Positions 9,348 to 18,651 of a stretch of DNA of 64,000 bases are shown here, in pieces (within the stretch, counting starts at the first letter, position 1; the number at the start of each line of letters is the position of its first letter). The DNA lies in NCBI GenBank assembly GCA_963703285.1, contig OY969807.1:32001-96000 (forward strand), read 5' to 3'. This DNA comes from an uncultured Nitrososphaerota archaeon. GTDB taxonomy: Archaea > Thermoproteota > Nitrososphaeria > Nitrososphaerales > Gagatemarchaeaceae. A program made the position numbers and the translations under genes. The notes beneath the pieces are model-generated. The model did no database searches. It was not told where the DNA came from and saw nothing but the letters and a program-made list of their open reading frames with translations.

Positions 9348-9781
9348 GCCAGCCTCTTCTCGAGCCGGCCTATGATCTGCTTCACGTACCTGTCTGCGGC
9401 GGAATCGATAAGCCTGGAGCCGACGTTGGCAAGCATCCCGCCGACCTTGGCCTCGGCGGCCCAGCTCACGTGGGTGCCTCCCGACGGCGCGTCCTCGAAG
9501 GTGAAGCTGCTCTCTAGGTCGACGGTGCTGTTCAGCCCCGTCCCGTTGGCCCTCAGCTTCGTGAAGGTCGGCCTCCTGTTGTCCAAGAGCGCCAGCTTGA
9601 CGTCCATCACGCCCTTGATGAAGGACATCCCGACCTGCGCCTTGACGGCGAAGTTGTTCGGGTCGATGACCTTGACGGACAGTACGTGGGGGAATATCGT
9701 CGTGACCTTGTTGGGGTCCGTCACGAAGTCATAGACCTTCTCCCTCGGGGCCGCCACGTCGAACGAACCTTCGTAGTGCAT
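9344..9781 (-). CDS. coxG: CoxG family (SRPBCC) protein
   Basis: F.V.APREKVYDF..DP and VGGMLANVGSRLID pattern. Confidence 0.85.
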   Translation of the reverse strand: MHYEGSFDVAAPREKVYDFVTDPNKVTTIFPHVLSVKVIDPNNFAVKAQVGMSFIKGVMDVKLALLDNRRPTFTKLRANGTGLNSTVDLESSFTFEDAPSGGTHVSWAAEAKVGGMLANVGSRLIDSAADRYVKQIIGRLEKRLA

Positions 9782-9787
9782 CTGACT

Positions 9788-10774
9788 TCACGCCCCCTCG
9801 ATGACCTCGGGATTTAACAGGTTGGGAGGCTTCTCTCCCTTGAGTCCGGCCACGAGGTTCCGAGCCGCCAGGACCGCCATCCCTGTCCTGCTCTCTATGC
9901 TCGCGCTGCCTATGTGTGGCGTCAGCACCACGTTCTTCATCGTCAGGAGAGGGCTGTCCATCGATATCGGCTCCCTCTCGAAGACGTCGAACGCCGCGCC
10001 CGCGATGGTCCCGGCACTCAGCGCCTCGGCTAGGGACTTCTCGTCCACGACGCCTCCCCTAGAGGTGTTCACGAGGAAGGCAGTCTTCTTCATCATCGCC
10101 AGCTCCCCGGCACCTATGCTGTTCCTGGTCTCCTCTGTCAGCGGGACGTGGACCGTCAGGAAGTCGCTCTCTCTCAGCAGATCTTCCTTCGACCTGTATT
10201 CGGCTCCGTACTCCTGCTCGACCTTGGGATCCCTCCGCCTGTTGTGGTAGATTACCTTCATCCCGAATCCGCGGGCTCGTCTGGCGACGGAGGAGCCGAT
10301 CCTCCCCATGCCGTATATCCCGAGAACCTTCCCGTGCACGTCACGCCCGACCATCATCATCGGGCTCCACTTCAGCCTCCACTCCCCTCCCCTGAGGTAC
10401 CCGTCCCCCTCGACGACCCGGCGAGCGACGGCCAGCATGAGCCCGAACGTCGCGTCCGCGACGGCCTCGGTTAGGACGCCAGGCGTGTTCGTCACCATGA
10501 CCCCCCTCGCGGTCGCCGCGGCAAGGTCAACGTGGTCGTATCCCACCGACATGCTCGAGACGATCTTCAGGCTCTTGCCGGCGTCCAGCAGCTCCCCGTC
10601 GACCCGCTCCGTGAGCAGACAGTAGAGACCGTCCACGTCCCTGACCTCGCGGAGGAGCTCCGCCCGGAACGGCGGACCATCGGTCTCGCGAATCCTGATT
10701 TCGGCGGCGCGCCTGATCATCTCGAGCGCAGGCTCGGGAACCTCGTTGCTCGTGACGTACACGCGCTTCGTCAT
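9788..10774 (-). CDS. gyaR: glyoxylate reductase / D-2-hydroxyacid dehydrogenase
   Basis: SVGYDHVD, NTPGVLT, GMGRIG, NTSRG, DVFEREP and PHIGSA motifs. Confidence 0.9.
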   Translation of the reverse strand: MTKRVYVTSNEVPEPALEMIRRAAEIRIRETDGPPFRAELLREVRDVDGLYCLLTERVDGELLDAGKSLKIVSSMSVGYDHVDLAAATARGVMVTNTPGVLTEAVADATFGLMLAVARRVVEGDGYLRGGEWRLKWSPMMMVGRDVHGKVLGIYGMGRIGSSVARRARGFGMKVIYHNRRRDPKVEQEYGAEYRSKEDLLRESDFLTVHVPLTEETRNSIGAGELAMMKKTAFLVNTSRGGVVDEKSLAEALSAGTIAGAAFDVFEREPISMDSPLLTMKNVVLTPHIGSASIESRTGMAVLAARNLVAGLKGEKPPNLLNPEVIEGA

Positions 10775-11232
10775 TGGCGTAGTCTTTTGGCTTTCGGACC
10801 CGCGTCGATGCGGACCTGCTTGCCCTCCCGCAGCCTGGGCAGCTTCACGACCACGATTCCGTTCCTGAATTTGGCCTTGCCCTGGTCGGGGTCGACCCTG
10901 ACTGGAAGCAGGACCTTCTTCGAGTACTGCACGAACTCGTCGCCCTCGCGGCGACCGCTGGCGACCCTCAGCCTCACCGGTCTCGTCATCTTCGCCTCCA
11001 CGCTGATCGTGTCCTCGGTACAGGTTATCGCGATTTCGTCCCGGCTCGCCCCGGGAAGGTCGAAGGTCGCCGTGACGGCGTCGTCGCCCACCTGGACGTT
11101 GAAGAGCGGCTGGAGGCTCCTGGACGCGATGTCGAAGAGCGTCCCTTCCATCGAGCCGAACATCTCCGAGAAGATGTTCTCTATCCCCCTGCCGAAGCTG
11201 TCGAACTCGTCGTCGCCACTCGTGGCCATCAC
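10771..11232 (-). CDS. Hsp20 / alpha-crystallin small heat shock protein
   Basis: DLPG and AKFRNGIVVVKLP motifs. Confidence 0.9.
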   Translation of the reverse strand: MMATSGDDEFDSFGRGIENIFSEMFGSMEGTLFDIASRSLQPLFNVQVGDDAVTATFDLPGASRDEIAITCTEDTISVEAKMTRPVRLRVASGRREGDEFVQYSKKVLLPVRVDPDQGKAKFRNGIVVVKLPRLREGKQVRIDAGPKAKRLRQ

Positions 11233-11982
11233 CTACCTGTACGCGCCCGGAGCCTGGCTCCCGGACTGCGTCGCCTGACGGGTCTGCTGCATCAGCTCCC
11301 TGGACTTCATCCTGATCTCCTCCGATTCTTTCATCAGCTCCTTCGTGTCGAGGTCGAGCGAGAGTAGCTTCCCGAGGACGTCAATGAGGGAGGCCGCCGC
11401 GGCCGGGTCGGGAAACTGCGTCAGTGACTCCGCGAGCAGCGTCAGGGCCGGCACCGCGCCGGAGCTGCAGTGCTTGAGGAGGCTTGCGTAGAACCCCGAG
11501 ACCACCCCATCCTCGAACGGCGAGGCGCCGCTCTTCTTCAGCGCTTCGACCACCTGTCCCGAGTTGCCCACCCCCACGACCGCGGGCTTGCCTTCACCCT
11601 GGGACTCGTCCCTCGCCTGGGAAGGCGCTCCCGTGACTCCGATCACCATCTTCGCCTTCAGTGACTTCGCCCATGAGGCTATCTTCTTCGCCACCTCGAG
11701 GGACGCGAAGGGCGGGAGCGGGACCTCGGAGAGGACCACGAGGAGGCTGCCCTTGCCGAAGATGTGGATGGGGTACGTCGCTGCCGAGTTGTGCACGATC
11801 ATGACCTGGGGAAGGAGGTCCGAGTCGATGAATCCCCTGTCGGACATCTTCAGCTGTTCCACCAGGTAGGAGCACGTGATTGTCCCGACCAGCCCCGCCT
11901 CGGGCACGCCGACGACTATGTTCGGCTTGGAGACCCTGGGACCCGTGTCGTTTATCTCGACGCGCAGTTCCTCGTCCGCCAT
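11233..11982 (-). CDS. PAC2 family proteasome assembly chaperone
   Basis: GVPEAGLVGTI and FPDPAAAASLI motifs. Confidence 0.88.
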   Translation of the reverse strand: MADEELRVEINDTGPRVSKPNIVVGVPEAGLVGTITCSYLVEQLKMSDRGFIDSDLLPQVMIVHNSAATYPIHIFGKGSLLVVLSEVPLPPFASLEVAKKIASWAKSLKAKMVIGVTGAPSQARDESQGEGKPAVVGVGNSGQVVEALKKSGASPFEDGVVSGFYASLLKHCSSGAVPALTLLAESLTQFPDPAAAASLIDVLGKLLSLDLDTKELMKESEEIRMKSRELMQQTRQATQSGSQAPGAYR

Positions 11983-12023
11983 GTCGCTCCCTCAGAGTTC
12001 CGGGGTCCGATAAAATCCTTCCC

Positions 12024-13052
12024 TCATTTGTTCTTGAAGACCCAGCTCAGGTCCGGGACCTCCTTCCTCTTCAAGACCTTCTCGCTCATGGCGTGGGTTA
12101 TGAGGGGAAGCGCGATGGTGGCGTCGCAGTAGACGACCGACCTCGTCGAGTCTGGGGCGATCTTACCCCAGCTGATGGCCTCCTCGAGGGTGCACCCCGA
12201 GAGCCCGCCCCACTGCGGGCTGTCCGTGGTGATCTGAATCGCATACTCGTGGGGCGTCGGCTCCTCGCCGCCCTTCGAGAGCGACTTTATGATGGTGGCG
12301 AGCTGGATCGTGTCCTTGGGCACCCCTCCCCCCACGTATACGACCGCGGTCCTCTTCGTCTTGTCCGCTATCTGGCCGAGCTCCTCCATGTCCTGGGTCT
12401 GATCCAGCCTTACCAACTTCCCCTCCTCCCTCTTGAGGAGGCTGAGCGCAACCCCGTACCCGCTGTCGATCAGACCCGGCGAGTACACAGGCACGCCGTA
12501 CTTCCACGCCGTCGCGGTGATGGACCTGATGCCCTTCTTCCACTGGTACTCCCCGAACCTGCTGAGGAACTCCCTGGTCGGGTAGGCGCGCTTCGTGTCG
12601 AGCGTGCTAGCGAACTTTCGGATGAGCCCCTCGAGCTCCCTGTAGTCGTATTCGTCGGCGTAGATGTCGTAGAACCTGTCGATCTTGGCCTCGAGCAGCT
12701 CCTCGTCGTTGGCCAGCCAGGTCCCCTGGTAGTACTTGTAGCCCATGGCCTCGAGGATGTCCTCCGAGATGTTCGCCCCCGTGCTGACCAGGACGTCTAT
12801 GTAGCGGTTTTCGATTAGCCACCTCACCATCTTCCACTGCCCCGTCGTGCTCAGCGACCCCGAGTAACCCATGAATATCGTGAGGCCCTTCTGCTGGGTC
12901 ATCTCCGACCATATCCTTGCGGCTTCTCCCAGCCTCTTCCCCTGGAATCCGGTCTGGGCCATCTCGTCCAAGAGGGCCGAGATTGACTTCTTCCCAACCT
13001 CGATTGATTTTTCAGGAGTGGTAAGGTACCGTTTCCTATCTTGCACGACCAA
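12024..13052 (-). CDS. dys: deoxyhypusine synthase
   Basis: GFQG, STGAN, GGGVPK, GGLSGCTLEEAISWGK and DATIALP motifs. Confidence 0.93.
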   Translation of the reverse strand: MVVQDRKRYLTTPEKSIEVGKKSISALLDEMAQTGFQGKRLGEAARIWSEMTQQKGLTIFMGYSGSLSTTGQWKMVRWLIENRYIDVLVSTGANISEDILEAMGYKYYQGTWLANDEELLEAKIDRFYDIYADEYDYRELEGLIRKFASTLDTKRAYPTREFLSRFGEYQWKKGIRSITATAWKYGVPVYSPGLIDSGYGVALSLLKREEGKLVRLDQTQDMEELGQIADKTKRTAVVYVGGGVPKDTIQLATIIKSLSKGGEEPTPHEYAIQITTDSPQWGGLSGCTLEEAISWGKIAPDSTRSVVYCDATIALPLITHAMSEKVLKRKEVPDLSWVFKNK

Positions 13053-13109
13053 CCGTCGAGCGGCTCGATATTAATTTTGTCTGTCTCGAGCCGGCGCCTG
13101 ACGGGGCTA

Positions 13110-14877
13110 TCACCGCACTGTGACCGACTTCGCAAGGTTGCGGGGATAATCGGGGTCGTACTTCCTCTCGGTTGCGATGAAGTAGGCAAGAAGCTGGAGG
13201 GGAACCACCTCGACAACGGGGGAGATGCTCTCGTCGGAGGGCGGAATCTGAATAAGGTGCCTGAAGACGGGGTGCTCCTTGTCCGATATCCCGATGATCT
13301 CGGCCCCCCTTGCCTGAAGCTCGAGGGCGTTGGAGATCGTGCTGTTGAATCCCTCTCCCCCCGGAGCTATGACGACGACCGGGGTCCCCTTCTCGATCAG
13401 GGCCAGGGTGCCGTGCTTCAGCTCGCTCGCGGGCATCCCCTCAGCGTGGACGTACGCGAGCTCCTTGAGCTTCAGGGCCCCCTCCTGGGCGATCGGGTAG
13501 TGATGCCCCCGTGCTATGAAGTAGAAGTCTGGCCTGTCGCTGAAGAGCTTCGCCAGCTCCCTCACCTTCCCCTCCGCGCGAGCGTGCCCCTGACGAAGTC
13601 GCCTATCCTCTTCGGATCCTCCGCGGCTTCCCTGCCGGAGAGCGCGTCCGCAATGGAGTTGCCGACCATCACCTGGGCCGTGAAGCTCTTCGTCGCCGCC
13701 ACCCCTATCTCGGGCCCGCAGTTCAGGGGCAGCACCTCGCTGGACTCGCGCGCAAGCGAAGAGCCGGCTGCGTTCACGACCGAGACTACGGTTGCGCCGC
13801 GTCGACTTCGCGACCCTGACTGCGTTGAGGAGGTCTGCTGTCTCCCCGCTCTGGCTGAAGGCGATCAACACCGTCCCTCTGTCGACGAAGTGAGCCTGGT
13901 CCTCGAACTCTCCCGCGAGGACCGCGTCGCATCTGCACCTTGAGCTCGCGGCTCAGCCTGTCCTTCAGAAGGAGCGAAGCGTGGAAGCTCGACCCCGAAG
14001 CTGTCAGCACAAGAGAGTCTGCGCCCCTTATCGCTCGGACGAAGGACTCGAGCCTCTTCGGGTCCTGGAGGAACGCTCTCTGGACCGTCTCGGGCTGCTC
14101 GTGGATCTCTTTGAGCGTGTAGTGGGCGTAGTCCAGCTTCGAGAGGTCGGAGAGCTCCCAGGCCAGCTGCGTGGGCTTCTTCCTGACCTCAATCCCATCC
14201 ATGCCAAAGACCCTGTACCCGCCGGCGGTGATGGAGACGACCTCCATGTTGTCTAGGAAGACCGCCCTGTCGGTCCTGGAGATGAACGCAAGGACGTCGC
14301 TGGCGAGGAACGTCTCCCTCTCGCCCACCCCGACTACCAGGGGAGCGTCGTTCCTCGCACCGGTGATGACGTCCGGGCGGTCCCGGAACGCAGCCACCAC
14401 TGCGAACTGGCCCCTGAGCTGTCTCGCGGCGCTGAGCGTGGCGTGGAGCGGGTCGTTCCCTCGCTTGCGCTCCTCCTCGATCAGGTGAGGGATGACCTCG
14501 GTGTCGGTCTCGCTCCTGAAGGCGTGCCCGCTCCTGGTCAGCCTCTCCTTCAGTTCGAGGTAGTTCTCGATTATGCCATTGTGAACCACCGCGACGGAGC
14601 CATCGCAGGAGAGCTGGGGGTGCGCGTTCTCCATGGTGACGCCTCCATGGGTCGCCCACCTCGTGTGGCCGATTCCAGTCCGCCCCGCCATCATCGAAAC
14701 ATGAGAACCGCTCTCGAGGTCGTCGATCCTCCCCACCGCCTTCCTCACCTCCAGTCTACCATCGTGGACCGTGGCGACGCCCGCAGAGTCGTACCCCCTG
14801 TACTCGACCCGTCTGAGCCCCTCGATCAGCAATGGAGCAATCTCTTCGTCAGAGATGCCCGCTATTATCCCGCACAT
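13110..14877 (-). pseudogene. glmS: glutamine--fructose-6-phosphate transaminase, interrupted by three single-base indels (probably sequencing errors)
   Basis: MCGII start at 14877, EYRGYDSAG, GHTRWATHG, SQSGETAD, EIGVAATKSFT, ELKHG and PRNLAKSVTV motifs. Frame changes near 13936, 13802 and 13578. Confidence 0.9.
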
Positions 14878-14951
14878 CCTGCGGCCGCAAATCTCACGCG
14901 GTAATAACATCAGTATCGTCGCTCGTTCATACATGCAAACAGCAGTTTGCA

Positions 14952-14982
14952 GGCCCGCCGGTCTCCGGGCCCGCCGGTCTCC
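14952..14982. repeat. 15-bp tandem direct repeat GGCCCGCCGGTCTCC x2 between divergent promoters
   Basis: Copies at 14952-14966 and 14968-14982. Confidence 0.85.
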
Positions 14983-15040
14983 CCAGAGTACTACCGACCA
15001 TGCATAACCATTTAATAATAGTCGGGGCAGAAGGGCTTCC

Positions 15041-15991
15041 ATGGTGAAGGAGAACCTCCTGGTGGACACGGACGCCGCGACGAGCAAGAGGGTCTCGGTC
15101 GCGGACGACCCGTCCCGCTTCTTCCCTGCCGCCATGGGGATGGGCAGCAGGATACTGAGGCTCCTCTCGAAGGGCCCGGCGTACCCCTCGGCGATAGCTC
15201 GCGAGTTGCGGGTCTACCACCAGACGGTCTACTACCACATGCGCAAGCTCGAGAAGGCCGGCCTCGTCAGGAAGGTCGGGCGGGAGGTCGTGAGGGGAGG
15301 GAGGGCCGACCTGTATGCGCTCGCTGTCGATGGGTTCGCCGTCGAATTTCCGGTCGAATCGGTCCCCTTCAGGGGTCCCTCGGCCGCCTCGACCTCCCCG
15401 CACCTCAGGGCTTTCCTCCGCGAGTTCATAAGCTCCGGAAGCTTCGACGGCTGGGTCGTGGTCGGTTCGCCCGAGCCGCACGGGCCCAACAAGACTCAGG
15501 GGAGGGACGGGCACTATGCGATCCAGCTCGGATTCGCCATCGGTCAGTTCGTCGGCGTTCCCCGCTCATTCCCGGTGAAGCTCGACGTGGACCTCAAGAA
15601 CGAGAAGCTTGAGGGCTCCAACCTCATAATCGTCGGAGGACCGCGAACCAACGTAATCTCGGCGGAGATCAACCCGCGCCTCCCCATCAGGTTTTCCGAG
15701 GAGGGGTTCTGGGGCGCCATCGTGGACGAGAGGGGGACGAAGTACCCCTCGGAGTGGGAGGCCGTTCTGGCGAAGGTGCGAAACCCCTGGAACGCGGATC
15801 GCTTCTGCATCGTGGCCGCCGGGCTCAGCGGCGCGGGGACCAAGGCCGCGATAATCGGGATGACCAACTTCGCCGACCAGGTCCTCAGGGGGTACTCGGG
15901 CGGCGAGTACGCGCTCGTTCTCCGCGGTTCCGACCTCGACGGCGACGGCAAGATCGATAGCGTGGAGGTCCTGCACACCGCAACCGGCTGA
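15041..15991 (+). CDS. ArsR-type wHTH regulator fused to a C-terminal alpha/beta domain (S-layer C-terminal-like)
   Basis: RILRLLSKGPAYPSAIARELRVYHQTVYYHMRKLEKAGLV HTH; NLIIVGGP..N motif; DLDGDG at the C-terminus. Confidence 0.85.
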   Translation: MVKENLLVDTDAATSKRVSVADDPSRFFPAAMGMGSRILRLLSKGPAYPSAIARELRVYHQTVYYHMRKLEKAGLVRKVGREVVRGGRADLYALAVDGFAVEFPVESVPFRGPSAASTSPHLRAFLREFISSGSFDGWVVVGSPEPHGPNKTQGRDGHYAIQLGFAIGQFVGVPRSFPVKLDVDLKNEKLEGSNLIIVGGPRTNVISAEINPRLPIRFSEEGFWGAIVDERGTKYPSEWEAVLAKVRNPWNADRFCIVAAGLSGAGTKAAIIGMTNFADQVLRGYSGGEYALVLRGSDLDGDGKIDSVEVLHTATG

Positions 15992-16095
15992 GCAACTCGC
16001 TGGAACTGCCCCGAGCTTGCCCTCCCAGCTGGCTGAGGGTAGTTTGAACCCATAATTCTTATAATCCAAGCGTTGAGGGCTGACCAGTCGCTCAT

Positions 16096-16593
16096 TTGTC
16101 GTCGGAGTTCAGGTATCTGGTAAGGATCAGGGGGAAGGACCTAGAGGGGAGGAAGAAGCTGATACCGGCGATAGCGGACCTCAAGGGAGTCGGAGACAAC
16201 TTTGCCCAGGCTGTGGTCAACAGCTTGGGGCTGGACCCGAAGCTGAGGCTCGGAACGCTGAGCGAGTCCCAGCTCAAGGAGCTCGAGAGGGCCCTGATCG
16301 ACGGGTCCTCGCTGAAGGTCCCGCAGTGGGCACTCAACCGGAGGAGGGACCCCGAGACGGGGGAGACGAAGCAACTCGTCGGGTCGGACCTCGACATGGC
16401 GCTCAAGACGGACCTCGACAGGGAGAAGAACGTACAGAGCTGGCGAGGCGTGAGGCATGGCCTCGGGCTGAAGGTCAGGGGTCAGAGGACGCGGACGACC
16501 GGGAGGAAGGGACGGACCGTCGGCGTCAGGAAGTCCGCGCTCCAGGCCGCGGCGGCCGCTGCCAGGACCGCCGAGGACAAGGAGAAGAAGTAG
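16096..16593 (+). CDS. rps13: 30S ribosomal protein S13 (uS13)
   Basis: SWRGVRHGLGLKVRGQRTRTTGR motif. Confidence 0.97.
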   Translation: MSSEFRYLVRIRGKDLEGRKKLIPAIADLKGVGDNFAQAVVNSLGLDPKLRLGTLSESQLKELERALIDGSSLKVPQWALNRRRDPETGETKQLVGSDLDMALKTDLDREKNVQSWRGVRHGLGLKVRGQRTRTTGRKGRTVGVRKSALQAAAAAARTAEDKEKK

Positions 16594-16602
16594 GTGCCAT
16601 AG

Positions 16603-17166
16603 ATGGGAGACCCTAGGAGACCACGAAGGACCTACTCGACGCCCAGGAGTCCCTGGCGGAGCGACCAGCTCGCCCAAGAGCTCTACCTTCTCGGGACCTA
16701 CGGCCTCAGGAACAAGCGCGAGCTCTGGAAGGCGTACACTCAGCTCAGCTCGATACGCAAGCAGGCGAGGCACCTGCTGGCAGCGTCCCCCGCGGTCCGG
16801 AGCCGCGACGAGGGGAAGCTCATTGACAGCCTCCTGAAGAAGGGCCTCCTCTCGACCGGGATGATCCTCGACGACGTGCTCAGCCTCAGCGTCGAGGACA
16901 TGCTTTCCAGGAGGCTGCAGTCGGTTATCTACAGGCGCGGGAGCGCGGTCTCGCCGTTGCAGGCGCGGCAGCTGATAGTCCACAGGCACGTGAAGATCGG
17001 AGAAAGAATAGTCACCGTGCCGGGCTACCATGTCACCGCGGAGGACGAGAAGAAGATCCAGCTCACGGGAGGCATCGGGACACCAAAGGTTCCCGAGCCC
17101 GCGAACGCCGCTCCTCAGGCGGGCCAGCAGGGTGCCGAACCGACGGAGCCGGCGCAGGGCCAGTGA
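16603..17166 (+). CDS. rps4: 30S ribosomal protein S4 (uS4)
   Basis: MGDPRR, YGLRNKRELW, RRLQS and QARQLIVHRH motifs. Confidence 0.97.
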   Translation: MGDPRRPRRTYSTPRSPWRSDQLAQELYLLGTYGLRNKRELWKAYTQLSSIRKQARHLLAASPAVRSRDEGKLIDSLLKKGLLSTGMILDDVLSLSVEDMLSRRLQSVIYRRGSAVSPLQARQLIVHRHVKIGERIVTVPGYHVTAEDEKKIQLTGGIGTPKVPEPANAAPQAGQQGAEPTEPAQGQ

Positions 17167-17172
17167 TAGCGC

Positions 17173-17241
17173 ATGTCTGAGGAAGAGTTTCTCAGAGACA
17201 AGTGGGCTACTTCTGCCGCGCTCCTAGTACCCGCTCGATAA
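17173..17241 (+). pseudogene. orphan N-terminal stub of rps11 (MSEEEFLRDKWA plus 10 read-through residues)
   Basis: ATG 6 nt after the rps4 stop; 8 of 11 residues identical to the N-terminus of rps11 at 18121-18153. Confidence 0.85.
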
Positions 17242-17926
17242 CTAATCTGCCGTAGCCGAAATCTATTGCTAGTTTGACTATCGGTACCCGGTCGGTGTTG
17301 TAACGGTAGCGAATCATTGATTGCTCTTCTTCGGTCACGCAAATCCTTGTCGCGGCGTGAGCTTTTTCGAGATTTAGGGCAACCTTCAGTCTCAGCCCCT
17401 CAGACCGTGTGTATGGAATCTTCGCTGTCTTTAGTATCCCCACCTTATTTCCAATTTCTACTTCGTGGTTCACACAGCGTACTAGTTCATCCCCCGTAGT
17501 TCTGTCTTCTAGATAATCAACTATGGCTTGCAGTTCCGCTCTTTTCTTATACACGTACGGCAGCATTTCTTTCGATGCGAGGAGTACTCCGTCGAGGTTG
17601 GGAATTCTAATCTGCCATGCCGATAACCGATGTTCGAATTTCTTTTTCGTGAGACCACCTGCCCGAATGCCCTTCAGACTTAGAAAATTTCCCACTGCGA
17701 TTAGCTGCCTGTCCCAATTGTCAGTGAATCCGATCTTGACATTGATTGTGAATTGGCCAAGTTTCTCTTCCACATTTCCGTCCCCATCGAAAAAACCGGC
17801 TACGACGGGCCAGCCTTTGTATCCATCATCCAATATCCCACAGGTTCTTGAATAAAGGTCCGGCGGTATCGGAAAATTCATTGGCGCGTTTTTCCGCGGC
17901 CTCCCAGGCCTCGGTTTGCTCTCCAT
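17207..17926 (-). CDS. single-motif LAGLIDADG homing endonuclease with N-terminal AT-hook-like and C-terminal HTH-like segments
   Basis: VVAGFFDGDG motif; PRPGRPRK at the N-terminus; PIVKLAIDFGYGRLVIERVL at the C-terminus; atypical codon usage. Confidence 0.85.
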   Translation of the reverse strand: MESKPRPGRPRKNAPMNFPIPPDLYSRTCGILDDGYKGWPVVAGFFDGDGNVEEKLGQFTINVKIGFTDNWDRQLIAVGNFLSLKGIRAGGLTKKKFEHRLSAWQIRIPNLDGVLLASKEMLPYVYKKRAELQAIVDYLEDRTTGDELVRCVNHEVEIGNKVGILKTAKIPYTRSEGLRLKVALNLEKAHAATRICVTEEEQSMIRYRYNTDRVPIVKLAIDFGYGRLVIERVLGARQK

Positions 17927-18153
17927 GATTGTGTAGGATGACCTTACTTATCATCACCACCCTCAGGAGTATCTCACACGACTAGGGAAAGCGATAACCA
18001 GGCAGTCTTCGGTCGCCGAAGCGGTCTTGAGTGTAGGTCATAGGCAGTTCGAGTATCGGGTGACTTGGGGAAGTTTCTTAAGGAGGTGGTAGACGGGCTC
18101 AACGATTCAAAGACTTGAGTTCTGACGAGGAGCTGTTGCGGGATCGTTGGGCT
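17209..18153. mobile_element. free-standing homing endonuclease cassette inserted in the rps11 5' end, carrying a new promoter and replacement rps11 N-terminus
   Basis: AT-richer segment bounded by TGGGCT at 17203-17208 and 18148-18153; removing it reconstitutes an in-operon rps11. Confidence 0.8.
18070..18083 (+). promoter_or_regulatory. putative BRE/TATA for the rebuilt rps11
   Basis: GAAG-TTTCTTAAG about 33-45 nt upstream of the TTG at 18115. Confidence 0.5.
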
Positions 18154-18522
18154 GTCGTGCACATCTACAGCTCCTACAACAACACCATAGTCCACATCAC
18201 CGACCTGACTGGTGCGGAGACCATCTCCTTCTCCTCGGGCGGGAGGCACGTGAAGGCCGACAGGTTCGAGGCCTCGCCCTACGCGGCGATGCGGTCGGCG
18301 TCCGCGGCGTCCGACGTCGCCAAGGGGAAGGGAATCACCGCCGTCCACATCAAGGTGAGAGCGGTTGGTGGCACGGGTCCGAGGACACCAGGTCCCGGCG
18401 CTCAGGCGGCGATCAGGGCCATCGCCCGCTCTGGCTTCAGGATAGGACGAATAGAGGACGCCACCCCCATACCTCACGACACGACCAGGAAGAAGGGTGG
18501 GCGCAGAGGAAGAAGGGCGTAA
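18115..18522 (+). CDS. rps11: 30S ribosomal protein S11 (uS11)
   Basis: [44 protein letters not shown] and GGRRGRR motifs. Confidence 0.97.
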   Translation: MSSDEELLRDRWAVVHIYSSYNNTIVHITDLTGAETISFSSGGRHVKADRFEASPYAAMRSASAASDVAKGKGITAVHIKVRAVGGTGPRTPGPGAQAAIRAIARSGFRIGRIEDATPIPHDTTRKKGGRRGRRA

Positions 18523-18651
18523 GAAGACCTCACGACTTTACTGCGGCTAGTCTCCCGCCCAACTAGGCCTGAGAACCTGATGGCGTGTGAATGCTTTTAA
18601 ACCCCACACCCGCCCGCGTTAAAACTTAGCCCGCCGGAGTGATTGTTGGGA

